Shown here: piece by piece, positions 12,401 through 27,400 of the stretch
How positions within the stretch are numbered: position 1 is the first letter of the stretch
Layout: each line of letters begins with the position of its first letter
Assembly (NCBI GenBank): GCA_030141605.1
Contig: JAQGDQ010000373.1
Coordinates: forward strand, 1 to 64,000
From: Tubiluchus corallicola
Lineage: Eukaryota > Animalia > Priapulida
Direction: 5' to 3'
DNA length: 64,000 nt
Made by a program: the position numbers and the translations under genes
The notes under the pieces: generated by a model
Databases searched by the model: none
What the model saw: the letters and a program-made list of their open reading frames with translations, nothing else
What the model was told of the DNA's origin: nothing

Positions 12401-15400
12401 ACCGAAACCTTCGGATGCGCCACCGCTTAGGCTGGATCTTAAGCCCTTCAGAGAAATGCTTGTTCCCATTTACATTGACTACGTGAACGGCACCGTCTTG
12501 GGGAGGGCGGCGACGGATCACATCGTTCAGCAATACGAGGCTCGTTTCGCTAACACCGGAGCGAAGGTTTTTAAGATCGAGGACGAATTCAAAGATGGCA
12601 ACTTGGATGATTACATCATCAAAAAGACGGAAGACGACATGCGCAGTTTCAGAAAGGCTTGCATCATGGGAGTGCATTTCAGCGCACAAGCCGACAGCTG
12701 TACGATAACTACTTATTTTAATAATCAGCCATTTCACGCAACGGCGACGGCTTTAGCGGCCGTCGATGACACATTGCTGAAGTATTACGTAAACAGCTCT
12801 TACAGTATTGAAACGACCAACCATCCACTGCCGAGGACATTTGACGAAAAGTTGACCGACTCGCACAAGTATGATTTCAGAGGGTTCGGCGTTTCCTTCA
12901 ATCTCATGTTTGGGATGGCGTTTCTGTCCAGCAGCTTCGTCTTGTTTTTGACCAAAGAACGAGCCACGAAAGCGAAACACGTTCAAATAGTAAGTTTCTG
13001 TTTTTGAAAGTTTCTTATTTGCTTAAAACACAAGAAAACCCTCCACTTACATAAAGTTTAAAATTCGTCTCAAAATTTTATACCACTTACATACTACTAC
13101 CCTTTTGCATGCAATGCTTGCATCGGCCGTAACGCTGTATAAAACTTGTAAATTTAAACTTGTGCGATGACCGTTAGATGCAGCTATTTTGATGGTAGGT
13201 CATTTGAAACTATCTAAACTTGTTTCAAATGACCTTCCATCAAAATACCTACCATCACGTTGAGTGAACTTTGAAAAAATAATCAGAGCATTCGTAGCAT
13301 ACACATTACTGATTAAGTAAAATTTTAAATTACAGTGTCTTGTCAATAAGATTGAAAATACATTTTTGGCTAGTGGGTGGCGCACCCTGGAATGTGAGTT
13401 AACAACATTTTACCAATTGCCAATATAATTAATAATATAATTATTAATTACGTAAAGTAATATAATTTCTTAAGGCGATTTTTTTGAAACCTACTTCAGG
13501 TACCCCTTTTCTTGTCCTTTAACTCACAACATGTTCGATTATTTACTTTTAAAGTACAAGGAAACACTCTTTATAAACGAAGCTTAAAAAATTTGTCCTG
13601 AAATTTTGTATCTTATTGCGCACAGCACAGAGCTTGCGTTAGCAGTAGTAACACTGTATAAAACTTTTAATTTAAACTCCCGCAACAACCGTTAAGTGTA
13701 ACCATTTTGACAGTAACTGATTACAAAGAAAGCCGGTCTCAGCCAAAACGAGTTGAGAACTTGTGGCTCCACCGTCAGTCACAATGATATACTAAAAATT
13801 TAAAGCCATTGTGATTGTTTTAATGTTTCATTACATGATAATTACTGACATACTGTTTGTGCATAGGCCTTCTGGAAATGCAGATTTCTCGCTTTTTCAT
13901 CTGAGAAATCCTTCAATATCTTTTCAAAGTAAATGGTTTTTGTAATGCCGTTTTTCTACAGACGTTAGTGTTTCTTGTGAAACTGTTGACTGCAGGTATT
14001 TTTTAATCTGTATTGAGGGTTTGATTAACATCCACAAATAAGTACAATTAAAATCCAATGACGATCTAACTCAAATCATAGAATTCTCCAATTACCAGTT
14101 TTTTAAAGTAAATGATGATGAAAGAAAGAAATTACGCAAACAAACAAAGAATCAGCAGCAAACATTGAAACGTAGATATACAACGTCAGACGGTAACAAG
14201 AAGCTTCCTGGACACTCATTAATTCTTCGATTCATAGCATTCTTGACTCGAGCATGTGCCCCGTTCGTGCACACTGGACACTCATTAATTCTTCGATTCA
14301 CACCATTCTCGGCTCGAGCGTCTGCCCCATTCATGCACACTGGACACTCATTAATTCATCGATTCATCGATGCATCATATTACCACATACAAATGAAGAA
14401 AGATGTGTGTAAAATTTTCGTCTTGAAAACACAGACATAGGGTTTTATGATCTCGCAGTTTTTTTGGTAATATTTTACTTAGTTATTTTTGGCTGTTAAA
14501 TCATTTGAAAACCGTTTTCAATTGCACATTACAAAAACCGGGTAGCGAATATTTGCGGATATCAAATTTTTATAACTACTGGATCATATCAAATACGAAT
14601 ACCTGCAAAATCTGGCGAATATCACCACTTTCGGATACGAATCGGATATCCGGAGCAACACTACTTAATACCAGCCCTGTTTGTAAGCAAGAGGTCTTAG
14701 GTTCAAATCCGGACGATGTGCTGACCTTTTCACATTTACTTCTTTCAGACAAATTTGGTTTCAAAGTTCAACAATTATCGGTTAGTTTCCTGTAATTGTG
14801 CCAAGTGCGAGTGAAGCCAGTTTTATTAAAATCAAGCTTGATTAATTTAAGTGTGTAAATTTTTCAAGTAGTTGATGCTGGTTGCGTGCCGTGCATTTGG
14901 TGGGGCCCAGTGCAGTCCGCACATCCCGCACACACCGTGCTGTGCCGCTGTTTATGTTATATGGAAACTGTAGCTGTTAGGAAAGCTTTTCTTACAAAAT
15001 TATAGCTAATTGCCCAGTAATTACGAGACGAATTTTATTCTTTTCACAATTTTTGATGTGGTTGTTTCACATAATGCAAGCTTGCAAACCAAAACCGTCC
15101 ATAAGTTGGCATAGTTAAAACTTTGTTATGATACTTCAAAGTAGAATTAACCAAAAATTTGGTCAAATGTCAATTTATCATTTTTTATAAAAACCAACGC
15201 TAAATATTGAACTATTATATTCTAGCATCAAATTACCTAGAAAGTGTTCAGAAAACACTAAAAATTAATTTTTCCAACTCCTTACCCAGTTTTCTGTCTA
15301 GAAATTAGTACTGCAATTGTAAAAAACTCCTATTTTCAAACTGCAATTTTAGCTGCTGGAAGCAGTCATTTTGCTTCGGGGTTTTGTGTTGCCGAGCCCC

Positions 15401-18400
15401 GATCTGAATCAGGAATCAGCCATCTACTGGATTAAACATGACATCAATGTAGTCTTGCAAAGTCTGTAGCAACCGACATGTGTACGGTTGCCAGGTTAAG
15501 TTTTGTAGACGTGACAAAAAACAGTGGCTAATTTTAACAGTGATGTTCTCAAGATTATGTTTTTCAGTGGAAAGGCTCCACCTTAACCACAATGTGGATT
15601 ATCTCAGTTTAAAATAACATAGAACAATGAGCTTGGTATCAAAACGATTCCCCTGGAAATGGAATTCAGGATTTGTGAATTACAGGAAAAGCTTAATGCC
15701 GACTTGTGGACGATTTTGCTGTGCAAGCATACAATTTATAAAGGCCAAAAGTACAGCACATATTTTTGTTTATCTAATGGTTACTGTTCTTTTAATAATT
15801 TTATTTTTCTTAGATCAGCGGTGTCTTTTCCTTGAACTTTTGGCTCTCCACATTTGCCTGGGATTTCATCAACTACCTCTTCCCGTTCGCGTTCATACTC
15901 CTCATATTTCAATCCTTCAGTGTTCCTGCATACACCGGAGGCAGTCGCCTTGGTTACGTTGCTTTATTGTTGCTAGGTTACCAGTGGTCAATGCTGCCGT
16001 GGGCATACGTGTGGTCTTTTGTTTTTGACGTACCTTCGTCGGCTTTTGCAGTTTTGACGATATTTAACATTATTTCAGGTAAGTATGGTTTAATACGCCT
16101 AGGTAATTGAAGGAAATTGATTAGATTTATGCATTGCAATATTATTCATATTATGGTGGTGTATGTCTTGTGTTGTGTCTATTATATTCATGTATAATGT
16201 CAGAATGTAAAAAGCGCTGTTTTATTCTATCTACAAGAAAACGCATTGATCACAAATTGTAACATGTTTCGCTTAGAAGAAGAACTCATATCACTATTCC
16301 ACTTACACGACGACAAAGGTTATTTACAAAAGTTGTAAAATGTCTAAGTATTCTACTTAGACGACAAAGGTTATTTACAAAAGTTGTAAAATGTCTACAA
16401 AAGTTGTAAAATGTCTAACTATTCTACTTAGACGACAAAGGTTATTTACAAAAGTTGTAAAATGTCTAAGTATTCTTCTTAGATGACAAAAGTTATTTAC
16501 AAAAGTTGTAAAATGTCTAACTATCCTACTTAGACGACAAAGGCTATTTACAAAAGTTGTAAAATGTCTAAGTATTCTACTTAGACCACAAGGGTTCTTT
16601 ACAAAAGTTGTAAAATGTCTAAGTATTCTACTTAGATGACAAAGGTTATTTACAAAAGTTGTAAAATGTCTAAGTATTCTACTTAGACGACAAAGGTTAT
16701 TTACAAAAATTGTAAAATGTCTAAGTATTCTACTTAGACGACAAAGGCTATTTACAAAAGTTGTAAAATGTCCAAGTATTCTACTTAGACGACAAAAGTT
16801 ATTTACAAAAGCTGTAAAATATTTAAATATTCTACATAGATGAAGAATTGTTGGTTTTACAAAAGTTGTAAAACATCTAAATATTCTACTTAGACTAATG
16901 TTGAAAAAGATGTTAGAGATGTTACTAGATGTTAGAGAGATGTTGAAAAACTGTTGATTACAATAGTTGTGAAATGTATAAATATTCTACTTAAATGAAG
17001 AAACTGGTTACAATGTGTAAAATGTTTAAATATTTTATTTACATGAAGTAAAATTAGTTCCTAATTAAGAAATTTAGCAGTAAGCTGCAAATTGTAACTT
17101 GTTTCATGCTTTTCTAAAGATTTACAAAAAACACTAATTTGGAATTGTAAAATTGCCATAATGGTTACGAGTTGTAAAAATGTTTCATTATTCTACTTAT
17201 GAGAAGAAACAGTGGTTACGAGTTGTAAAAATGTTTCATTATTCTACTTACAAGAAGAAACAGTGGTTGTGAGTTGTAAAAATGTTTCATTATTCTACTT
17301 ACAAGAAGAAACAGTGGTTGTGAGTTGTAAAAATGTTTCACTATTTTACTTATGAGAAGAAACAGTGGTTACGAGTTGTAAAAATGTTTCATTATTCTAC
17401 TTACAAGAAGAAACAGTGGTTGTGAGTTGTAAAAATGTTTCATTATTCTACTTACGAGAAGAAACAGTGGTTACGAGTTGTAAAAATGTTTCATTATTCT
17501 ACTTACAAGAAGAAACAGTGGTTACGAGTTGTAAAAGTGTTTCATTATTCTACTTACGAGAAGAAACAGTGGTTACGAGTTGTAAAAGTGTTTCATTATT
17601 CTACTTACGAGAAGAAACAGTGGTTACGAATTGTAAAAATGTTTCATTATTCTACTTACAAGAAGAAACAGTGGTTACGAGTTGTAAAAGTGTTTCATTA
17701 TTCTACTTACGAGAAGAAACAGTGGTTACGAGTTGTAAAAATGTTTTATTATTTTACCTGCAAGAAGAAGCAGTGGTTGTGAGTTGTAAAAATGTTTCAT
17801 TATTCTACTTATGAAAAGAAACGGTGGCTACGAGTTGTAAAAATGTTTCATTATTTTACCTGCAAGAAGAAACAGTGGTTGTGATTTATAAAATTTTTTT
17901 TTTTGACACAGGCATTGTGACTCTGATCTGGATCGGAGTTCTTACCCACCCTCAGTTGGCCCAAGAATATCCTGAGCTGAATCTAGACGAAATTGCTGAC
18001 TTGCATGAAGCCATTTTCACTGTGTTTCTGCCAAACTTTTGTCTGGGCCGGGGCATGCAGTTGTTGCACGATAATTACCAGCTAAATAAAATCTGTGGAC
18101 AAGAATCGGTGAAGCGCTTGTGCGAGAAAACGAACGTATCAATGGCTTGCTGTCCAGGTGTGATGGTAGATAATGATTTATTGATTTTATGCTCGTAGAA
18201 AATGATTTATGTGCTTGGATAGCAAAATCATCCGTAAGTCGGCAAAGTTTTTCTAGTTATTCACATATCCTTAATCTCCATTTCATGAGGATCATTTTGA
18301 TACCAAGTTCATCACTCTGCGTCATTTCTAAGCTGAGATAATCCACGTTGATTGAAGTTGAGGTGCAGGCTGCACACTGAAAAACTTAACCTTGAGAAAA

Positions 18401-21400
18401 TCACAGCTAAAGTCAGCCATTGTTTTTTGTCCCATTTCTACAAAACACTTAGCAACTGTACGAAAGAACAAATTGAACAAACAGTAGATGGTTCTTCCTG
18501 ACAAAGATTTGGGCTTGTAAACAGAAAAAACCCCTAAGCAAAATTACTGCTTCCACGAGCTACAATCAGAGTTTGAAAATAGGAGTTCTTTACAATTGTA
18601 GTACTAATTTCTAGGGTTGTAGGATTGTAGTTTCTAGGATATGGGGTTGTAAAATTAGATTTTTAGTATTTTTTTAACCTTTCCTTGATAATTTGATGCT
18701 AGAAGGTAAAAGTCCTGTATATTTAGCGTTTGTTTTGATAAAATAATTAAAAATTGACATGTGTCCAAATTTTATGTGCATTCTACTTTAGGCATCCTAA
18801 CGTAGTTTTAGCTATACAGACTTATGGACAGTTTTGTTTGCAAGCACGCGTTTATTGATTTTTAAATTGCTTGACTGACGTATCCTCAATATTTTTTGTT
18901 CTTTCTTCAGGTCGATGCGGAAACGAGTGCGCCGAATATACCGACAATTATCTGGCATTCGAGAAACCGGGACTGGGAAGGATCCTCGTCTTTCTCGCCC
19001 TGCAAGGGATTATTCACTTCCTTCTTGTGTTTCTTGCTGAAACGCGACCTCTCAGGCGACTGTACTATGCGTACAAGTCTAAAGACATTCAGATACTCCT
19101 GCCGGTATTCAGATTTCCCTTTTTTTGTTGTTTTTTACGTTTTTTCCTGTTCGCTTTATTTTGTTTTCTACCTTCTATTCTTGTTTCTCTCTTCTAAACA
19201 TGACCTGTGCTTGTACAAGCTTTAGAATAAATGGCATATTTATCACCCGTAATACGTACCTTGCAAACCAAAACCGTCATCAAGTCGGCATAGTTAAAAC
19301 TAACTTATGATGCTTCAAAGTAGAATGAATCAAAAATTTGATCAAATGGCAAATTTTTGTTTTTATAAACACAAATGCTAGACATTTTTTACTTTTATAT
19401 TCTAGCATCAAATTATCAAGAAAGGGTTTGAAAATACTAAAAAAATCTAATTTTATAAACCCGTACCCACTTTTCTGGCTACAAACTTGTATTGCAACTG
19501 TAAAAAATCGTGTATTTTCAAACTCCAATTGTAGCTCGTAGCAGTAGTCATTTTGCTTCGGGTTTTTTCTGTTGTCAAGCCCAGATCTTCGTCAAGAAGA
19601 GCCACCTGCCGGATTTAAACATAACTTCAACGCGTTCTTGCAAAGTCCATAGTAACCAACATTTATGTGGTTGCTAAGTGTTTTGTAGAAACGTGGCAAA
19701 AACAATGAACAGTAACTTTAACTGAATCGGAAGTGGTGCTGACAGGCCACTGGCTAGCAGAATCCAGTTTCTTGCTGGATTAACTGCTGTGTTTACCAGT
19801 CTTAAGGGGAGATTTCTTTTATTTTAGCGTTCTGTCCACCCAATGTCTACAATGATGAGAAACTTTGACAGCGATTTTCTCAAGATTATTATTTCAGTGT
19901 GAGGTTGGAAATAATATAGAGTGATGAGCTTAATATAAAAATGATCCCCATGAAATTGAGATTCACGATATGTGAATAACTAGAAAAAGTTACTTGCCGA
20001 CTTATGAACGAGTTTGCTATGCAAGCACACATATTTCTAATCTTAACCCTTTCATACCCATTGTATCCCGTGGGATATGAGAATATTTTCTGCCTTTAAA
20101 ATTAATAAAATTTTAAAACTGACAGTTATTTGATCTGTTAATAGTTATTTTGATTTAAGCCAATAACAATACACTAAAAATAGTGATAAAATGGCAAAGT
20201 AGTAAATCTACATAGCATAAAAAACTGCGCAAGGTACAGTACTTTAGAGACCACTTTGTACAGATCAGCATAGCATGCATACTAAATGTCTTAAATACTT
20301 TAAAAAATTATCAGCAGTTGCAAAATGAAGCACATTTTATGCTTCCATTGAATCCCAATGTATCCCGTGGGATACAGGCTATATTTAGCACGCGGGCACA
20401 GGTAAAAAAAATAATTATTATGTGTAAACAAGATGGACATACTGAACAAAAGTACCAAATAAAAACTTTTTCTTATTAAAAAAATAATTTGGGACTGAAA
20501 GGGTTAAATACTATGATTTTAACATCCGGATGCATTTACTTATGAATTTTACTGGCTCAATGAAGATGAAAGCCGCTTACCTGGTTTTTCTCGCGAAAAA
20601 ATTTGTCAAATCTTGTTCATACTGCAACTGACTAATGTAAATATTCTCGTAAATTATTACCCGCAAGTATTTATGAATTGCATTGTTGTTACACGTAAGA
20701 TATGCAAATAAAATTGTATTCGTATACATCGCTTAATAAATGCGCCTTGGTGTGAAGCTAAGTGGATTTGTCAAGTGGCTGGATTTGTAAACCGAACAGC
20801 GGATTTTACTAGGTTAAAGTATGCGAATGATGTAACCCTGCTGGCACCGCCCGCGACCTGCCTTAAATCGATGCTCCGTATATGGATCCAGTATGCTGAC
20901 CGGCATGACATGATTCTCAACTCCAGTAAAACAAAGTTTATTAAAACATTTTATTAATTAACAGCCAGACCTTAATTAACTTACCTAGAATTATAGCTAA
21001 TGGTACAGCATTAAATTGGACCATATATAATGGCTACAATAAGCAGCTGGATTTATTTTCCATGGATTTATTAAGCGAATTCTACTGCGTATATAATAGA
21101 CATTAATCAGTAATCCTTCTAACTCCTTTGTATTTCATTTCTTTTCTCTGTCTTTGTCTATTACTTTATCGTAACTATTCCCTGTTTTTCTATAATTCTC
21201 TCTCTTGTAAATTTTTTTCACTTTTCATGGTGGTCTTACAAGCTTTGCTTCTTGACCACCATGCAGCATCTATTTCTTGTTGATAAACTATTATGTAGTT
21301 TAGTAACTATGTTAATGTACTTCTGTTAAATTTTTGTAATTGTATTTGGAATTTTTTTTCCTAACTATACCACGCTATCGTATGCTAATGTGGTTCTGTT

Positions 21401-24400
21401 ACAATTATTTTAACTATATTTCGTTTTCCTAGTTATAGCGCCATAATAGTTATAAAGATAATAATGCAAATTGTAATGTAAAAATAAATGGTGAATTGAT
21501 AATAAATTACAAACTACAAATTACAAATCAGAATATTTAAAAGACTGTGATCATAATGTTTTCGTTGTTCAAACGTATGAATCTGTTGCAGAGTTCTATC
21601 AGGACGTCAGCTGACCTCACGTCTGCAAGGTCGAGTTTTGATTACGATCACTTGGAAAGGCTTAGGAAAACAGATGCACAAAAACGAAAACTGTCGTCTC
21701 TCTCCGACGTCATGGATGCGTCCGGGAAAACGTCTTTAGCTACCATGGCAACGTCATCGAGAGAACGTGCTTCAATAAACCAACAGCAACAAAACGATGC
21801 TGGTAAGCCGGACATAAAGCTAGCCAAATATAGAAAAGATAGTTCAGCTTCGAAAGTGTTTAATTTGGCTACAGATTTTACTGTTTTATCACATTTTAAC
21901 ATTTTGCTTGCAAGTTCATGTTCTAACCAGTGAACTTACACATGCTGCACACTTGTAGTCACAATCTGTACACGGAAATTATTCTCACCTTGGTGTAGTT
22001 TGCATTTATATAATCAGAGCCAGAAACTGTTGGGTCGGCCTTAAGCTTCATCCTACTGTGTTCAACTGAAAAAGACACATAAACTGTTCATAAGTTACAA
22101 TTATTATACATTTATGCTGCTGGATTTAACTGGTTGGGTGACCATTTCCAACCACAAAGAGAATCAAATTTGTAAATTTGAAACATTAAAGGAAGACCGG
22201 ACAATTGTTTAGACTCATTTTAATTTACTGTCCAAAATATACATTTTCTTGCCTACAAAAGTTAACAATTGTTTCTTTTATTTTAATAATTAGCTTAGAA
22301 AGTTAATTAACGGCAACCGAACACAGCTATTGTTTACGTCAGAAACTAACCTCAGTTTATGCAATGGTACGCGTCTTCCCTTGCGCGTCAAGCACATTTG
22401 CATAAATTTTACAGTACTGCTTAAACATATGATGTCACGAAAACGGGCTCTACATCATGTGACTTCATGAAACGAACACAGCAGTTCATGATCCTGGTTA
22501 TCACGGTACCGCCTTCTATTTATCGGCCACACGAATGTGACAAAAAGGCACCGTTGCCAATCTTAGTAGATTCAGTAAGCCACGCGTAGCTTTGAAAGTT
22601 TAACAAAATCTGAGTATCCGAGATAATTATTATTTAATCTAAGCTTTGATTTAAAATGAGCTTTTGTAGTTTTCATTATTTTAAATCAAAGCTTACATTA
22701 AATAATAATTACCTTGGATACTGAAATTTCGTTAAACTTTAAAAGCTACGCGCGGCTCAGTGAATCTACTAAGACGTAGGTTCTTCTCAAAAGGGAATAT
22801 CTATTTACAAAACACGTGTTACTGATTAAGGAAGTATATTTTGAATGTTTTTCTTCTTCACAGAGGTCGCTGCAACTCCCACGTCCTCTTCTGATTGGTC
22901 CCAGTCAACGCCAGTGACAGCAGAGAACAAATATGGCAGAAAAAAATTTGATTGGTTCTGGTCGATGACACGTAAGGACAAATGTGGTAGAAAATCATCT
23001 GATTGGTCCGAGTCAGTACCAGGGGAGGACAAATATGGTAAAAAGTCATCTGATTGGTCCCAGTCAGTACCAGGGGAGGACAAATATGGTAAAAAGTCAT
23101 CTGATTGGTCCCAGTCAGTACCAGGGGAGGACAAATATGGTAAAAAGTCGTCTGATTTGTCTCGACCCGAAGATGGAGATGTTGTGGCCGAAAGGCAGAG
23201 AATCAGAAACACTCGACTCTCTCTCATTTCCAAGACGGACGTCTTGATTTTGCACGACTTGACCAAATGCTACGGGCCGCTCCTCGCTGTCGATGGGCTC
23301 AACCTCGGGGTTAAACAGGGCGAGTGCTTCGGTCTCCTAGGCATGAATGGTGCTGGTAAGAATGATACTAGTATTTCTAATGAAAACGTATCAACGCAAA
23401 GTAAGAAAAACACTTAATTTTGATAATACCATATTTGGCTGACCCTAACTAATGCGGATTGTGAAATATTAGTGACGTAATTTGATCATTTCCAAATAAG
23501 TTTTTTCATTGTTTTGACAAATTGTCATAGACTGTTTTATGCATGGCATGCAGAGTTCCCATAGTCCGGAAAGTCCTGGAAAATCCTTGAAAATACAGGC
23601 TATCCTGGAAGGGCATGGAAACGTCGGGGAAAAAGTTAATTTGGTAAAAGTGAGGGGAAATGATGAAAATGGGGCGAAAAGTCAGGGAAATTGAAAAGGG
23701 TTGCAAAAATAATCACCGTGAATTGATATTTTTCCAAACATATTTTTCAGCGATTCGTGTTCAAATAAAATTTTGCTGTGGCAGGCTCCCAGTTTCAATT
23801 TCTGTTACAAATTAATGATTGGATTAAGAAAGTTTATTTAATGTGATTAGTGCAATTTCGTTAGAACTACTGCAACTGTCTGTCACATTATATATCAGTA
23901 TGTGTGTGAATGTCCATACACAAAAATGTTTGAGTATGTATATTGGTAATGCAATTTCTGTTTATTTTGGTCATGGAAAATCAATATTTGGTCAGGGAAA
24001 AGTCGTGGACATTTATTTTAAACTTCTGTGGGAACCTTGACTGACAGTTTATGCTTGACACAGAGAAATTGTCACAAAATGTTGCAGATTATCTGCGCAG
24101 ACTTGCATGTGTTCTTGTTCGCATGTTGAATGAGTCTAAATGTGTCTTCATCGCAGGAAAGACGAGCACGTTCAAGATGTTGTCTGGAGATGAGTCAATT
24201 TCGTTTGGCGACGCTTTTGTCTTTGGCCGTAGTGTCAAGACCGATCTAAAATACGTACGTTTATTTTTTTTCTTTCCTAAATATAAGTTAATATTGGACT
24301 GACTTCGACCCAGGGGGTCGAACTCCAAGATGGCATGGCGGTCTTGATATTGCGCATCATGAAGTTCCATTTTATAATCGTTGTGTAACGGATACTTAAT

Positions 24401-27400
24401 GACAATTGTTAATGTTAATTACAAATGTTATGTTAATTAGCTAAATTAATATCTGTAAACAAGTACCTTATACCTGTTATAGTGTGTCATCTAACTCTCA
24501 TAAAACAAAATACACAAAAACTACACTGTACGGAGTTTATTATCAGCACTAATAAAAATAAGGAACCAAAATACACGAGCACAAAAAATAACTAACTAAT
24601 TCAGTAACAGCACTACACCCGAGGAGCACCTGTGTCAGAAATCCCAGGCTGTAGTGACCTCTACACGCTTTTATACTGGCATTCCAGGTCAGCTGGCTTC
24701 TCACACCACGTGTAGGCCCAAACAAGACGTTTGTACCTACAAGAAAGGGGTGAGTCGCTGCTGACGTGGAAGCAGGGCGTGTAGAGGGCACTACACCTGA
24801 CCCGACACAGGTGCCTCCGTAACAGTATATTATATATAATGAAAGATAAATTAAGTTAAATGAGTTGCAGCTTCAAATGACTTTTCATAAATTTGATTGT
24901 ACATGTTTTACGCAAAACATGTCAATGGTCTATTGCTACATGGTGAAAGATGGGAATTTGACACAATTTTAAACTATAGTTAAAAACAATTCACATATAA
25001 AATATTGAAAGTGAACATAATTGTTTTTGTAAGGATGAGTAATGTGAAAGAATTATTGCCGCAGAAGTTTAATGTCGCGTTTGTGATTACATGTCATTAC
25101 GTGCATTTCACCATTCGCTACTTAACCCTTTCACTACGTTGTTGCTTTTTAACTGGGCCACTTTGACTTTTGCACATTTGACAATAACTTCTTGTGGTGT
25201 GTTACTAAAACTGCATCTTGTAAATAAACAAATAGTTGCTCGTTATTGAGTACTAATATTAAATATTAGTTTTATATCTACACATGTACTCAGGTACGAG
25301 CACACATACATGCACTCACTCACACACACACATGTACACATGCTCACAAATGAGCCTGTACTTATATTTAGAAACCACTTTTCACAAAAGACACGATACT
25401 AATCCACAATATGCAATCATTTCCTAAGAATGCAGAACAATCAACTAAACATACGTTTCATCAACGAGATCTGCAAGTGATTTTGTGTGGGAACATACCA
25501 TACGGTACAGTACAATGTAATGCACCTGGCTTCAGATGCTGATTGGATGATTAGCATTACTTGTTGTGAAGCAACCCCAATACCACGGCTGTTAAACTTT
25601 ACTATAATGTTTTGCGTGACCGTAGCAGTGAAATAAACAGACCTAAGCGACTGCGCTTAGTGATGAGCTTGGGTGGCAGTCTACTGCCTTCTGTCCCTTG
25701 CATGAAAAACATAGGCGGCATGGTGCTGCCTTCCGTAGTGAAAGGGTTAATTTTGACACACTTGGTTTCAAGTATTTATGGCAGGACCAGACCCTAGCCA
25801 ATCATTTCAAAAATTAATTTTAGATAAACACTCAACTGTAAGTAATAGCTTAGCCATGTTTGAATACAAGGCTAAGTAGTATACATTACTTTACTAGGAA
25901 AAAACCTGATACAGTATTCCTTGCATACAAGCATCCACTTACCATTTAGGCTCAGCACTGCTTAACCTTCGTAGTCAAACAAACATCGTGCAGCCACATA
26001 AAGCGTGTTTTGTTTCACAGGCTCAGCAACACATTGGTTACTGTCCGCAGTTTGACGCGCTGATCGATCACATGACCGGGAGGGAAACGCTGTATATGTA
26101 CGCTCGACTGCGAGGCGTTCCAGAATCGCAACTCGCTGAAGTCGCACGTGAACTGATATGTGCATTGCTGCTGGAACCGCACGCCGATAAACTGGTGATA
26201 GGTTACAGGTAACAACGTATGCAAAGCCAGAGAAGCTCAAATGAGCTTTTTTGCAGTTTTGTAGTGCGCACGCGCAGTTACTGTAGGTCAAAGGTTAAAT
26301 GTACCATAGCAATGCATCTTAACTACAACAGCCACGTGAAGTGTGGGTAAAGCAAAGCTGTCTGCAACATCAGTTCAGTAACTTCGCTTGTTTTACGTAG
26401 ACTTTACTTAATTACACATTAGTCCGCTTGTAGAGTGATTTACTAGCAGGATCTTGCTTGCGAAAAAGAAAAATGAACTAGGTAGGGTTCCAGCTAGCTG
26501 TTAAAACTGTTACTATTACAGCAGCATGTGCTGCGGGGCATTGTAAAGTTTACACAAATGCGTTGTCCGGTACACTTAACGTTTGACCTTTTCCCATTGT
26601 CAATCACTGGAAGTGTGAAAAGGCTTAACGTTTTCCTTTTAACCTCTTCGGAGTAAACATTTTGTTTTAGCTTGCTGAAGGCGAGTTTTTATGAGCATCC
26701 TGTACGTGGAATGTCAACAGTGTTACTTTTTACTGCTGATTCTTTTTCATGGACACAATGTACAAGGTGAATCAAAAATCAAAATAGGCATTAATGTGTA
26801 AACAGTAATTCCATTTATGGGCAGATATCTTGTATAATGTGACTCAAAATTCATAGTGGGCCATAGTTAGTGGAGTTGTTGGTAGCAATTGTCTTTGTAG
26901 ATATCATGTGTAGGGCAAGTTGAAAGTTATTACATGGACTCAAGGTTCCCACAGTCAGGGAAAATCCTGAAAATCTTTGAAAGTACAGGCTATCCTGGAA
27001 AGTCGTGGAAAAGTCAGGGAAAAAGATAATTTGATAAAAAGTCAGGGAAAATGATGAAAATGGATGAAAAGTCGGTGAAATTAGAAAGGGTTGCAAAAAT
27101 AATCACGGTGAACCGATATTTTTCCAATCATATTTTTCAGAGATTCGTGTTCAAATGAAAATTTTCCTATGGCAGGCTCCCAGTTTCGATTTCTGTTCCA
27201 AAAATAATGATTGGCCGACACATTATATATTAGTATATGTGTGAATGTCCATACACAAAAATATATGACTACGTATACTGGTAATGGAATTTCTGCCTAT
27301 CTTGGTCAGGGAAAACTCAGGAAAATTCATTTTAAAATTCTGTGGGAACCTTGAAGGTGTAACCTATTGTTGGGATTTTTTACGGGTATCACAATTATCA

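Noticed and set aside
12284-12986. Minus-strand ORFs overlapping the large exon
   Set aside because: Antisense shadows of the ABCA coding exon with no independent evidence.
17365-17814. 149-aa and 115-aa repetitive ORFs
   Set aside because: Translations of the 51-bp minisatellite; other units carry stops, and the true exon starts at 17912.
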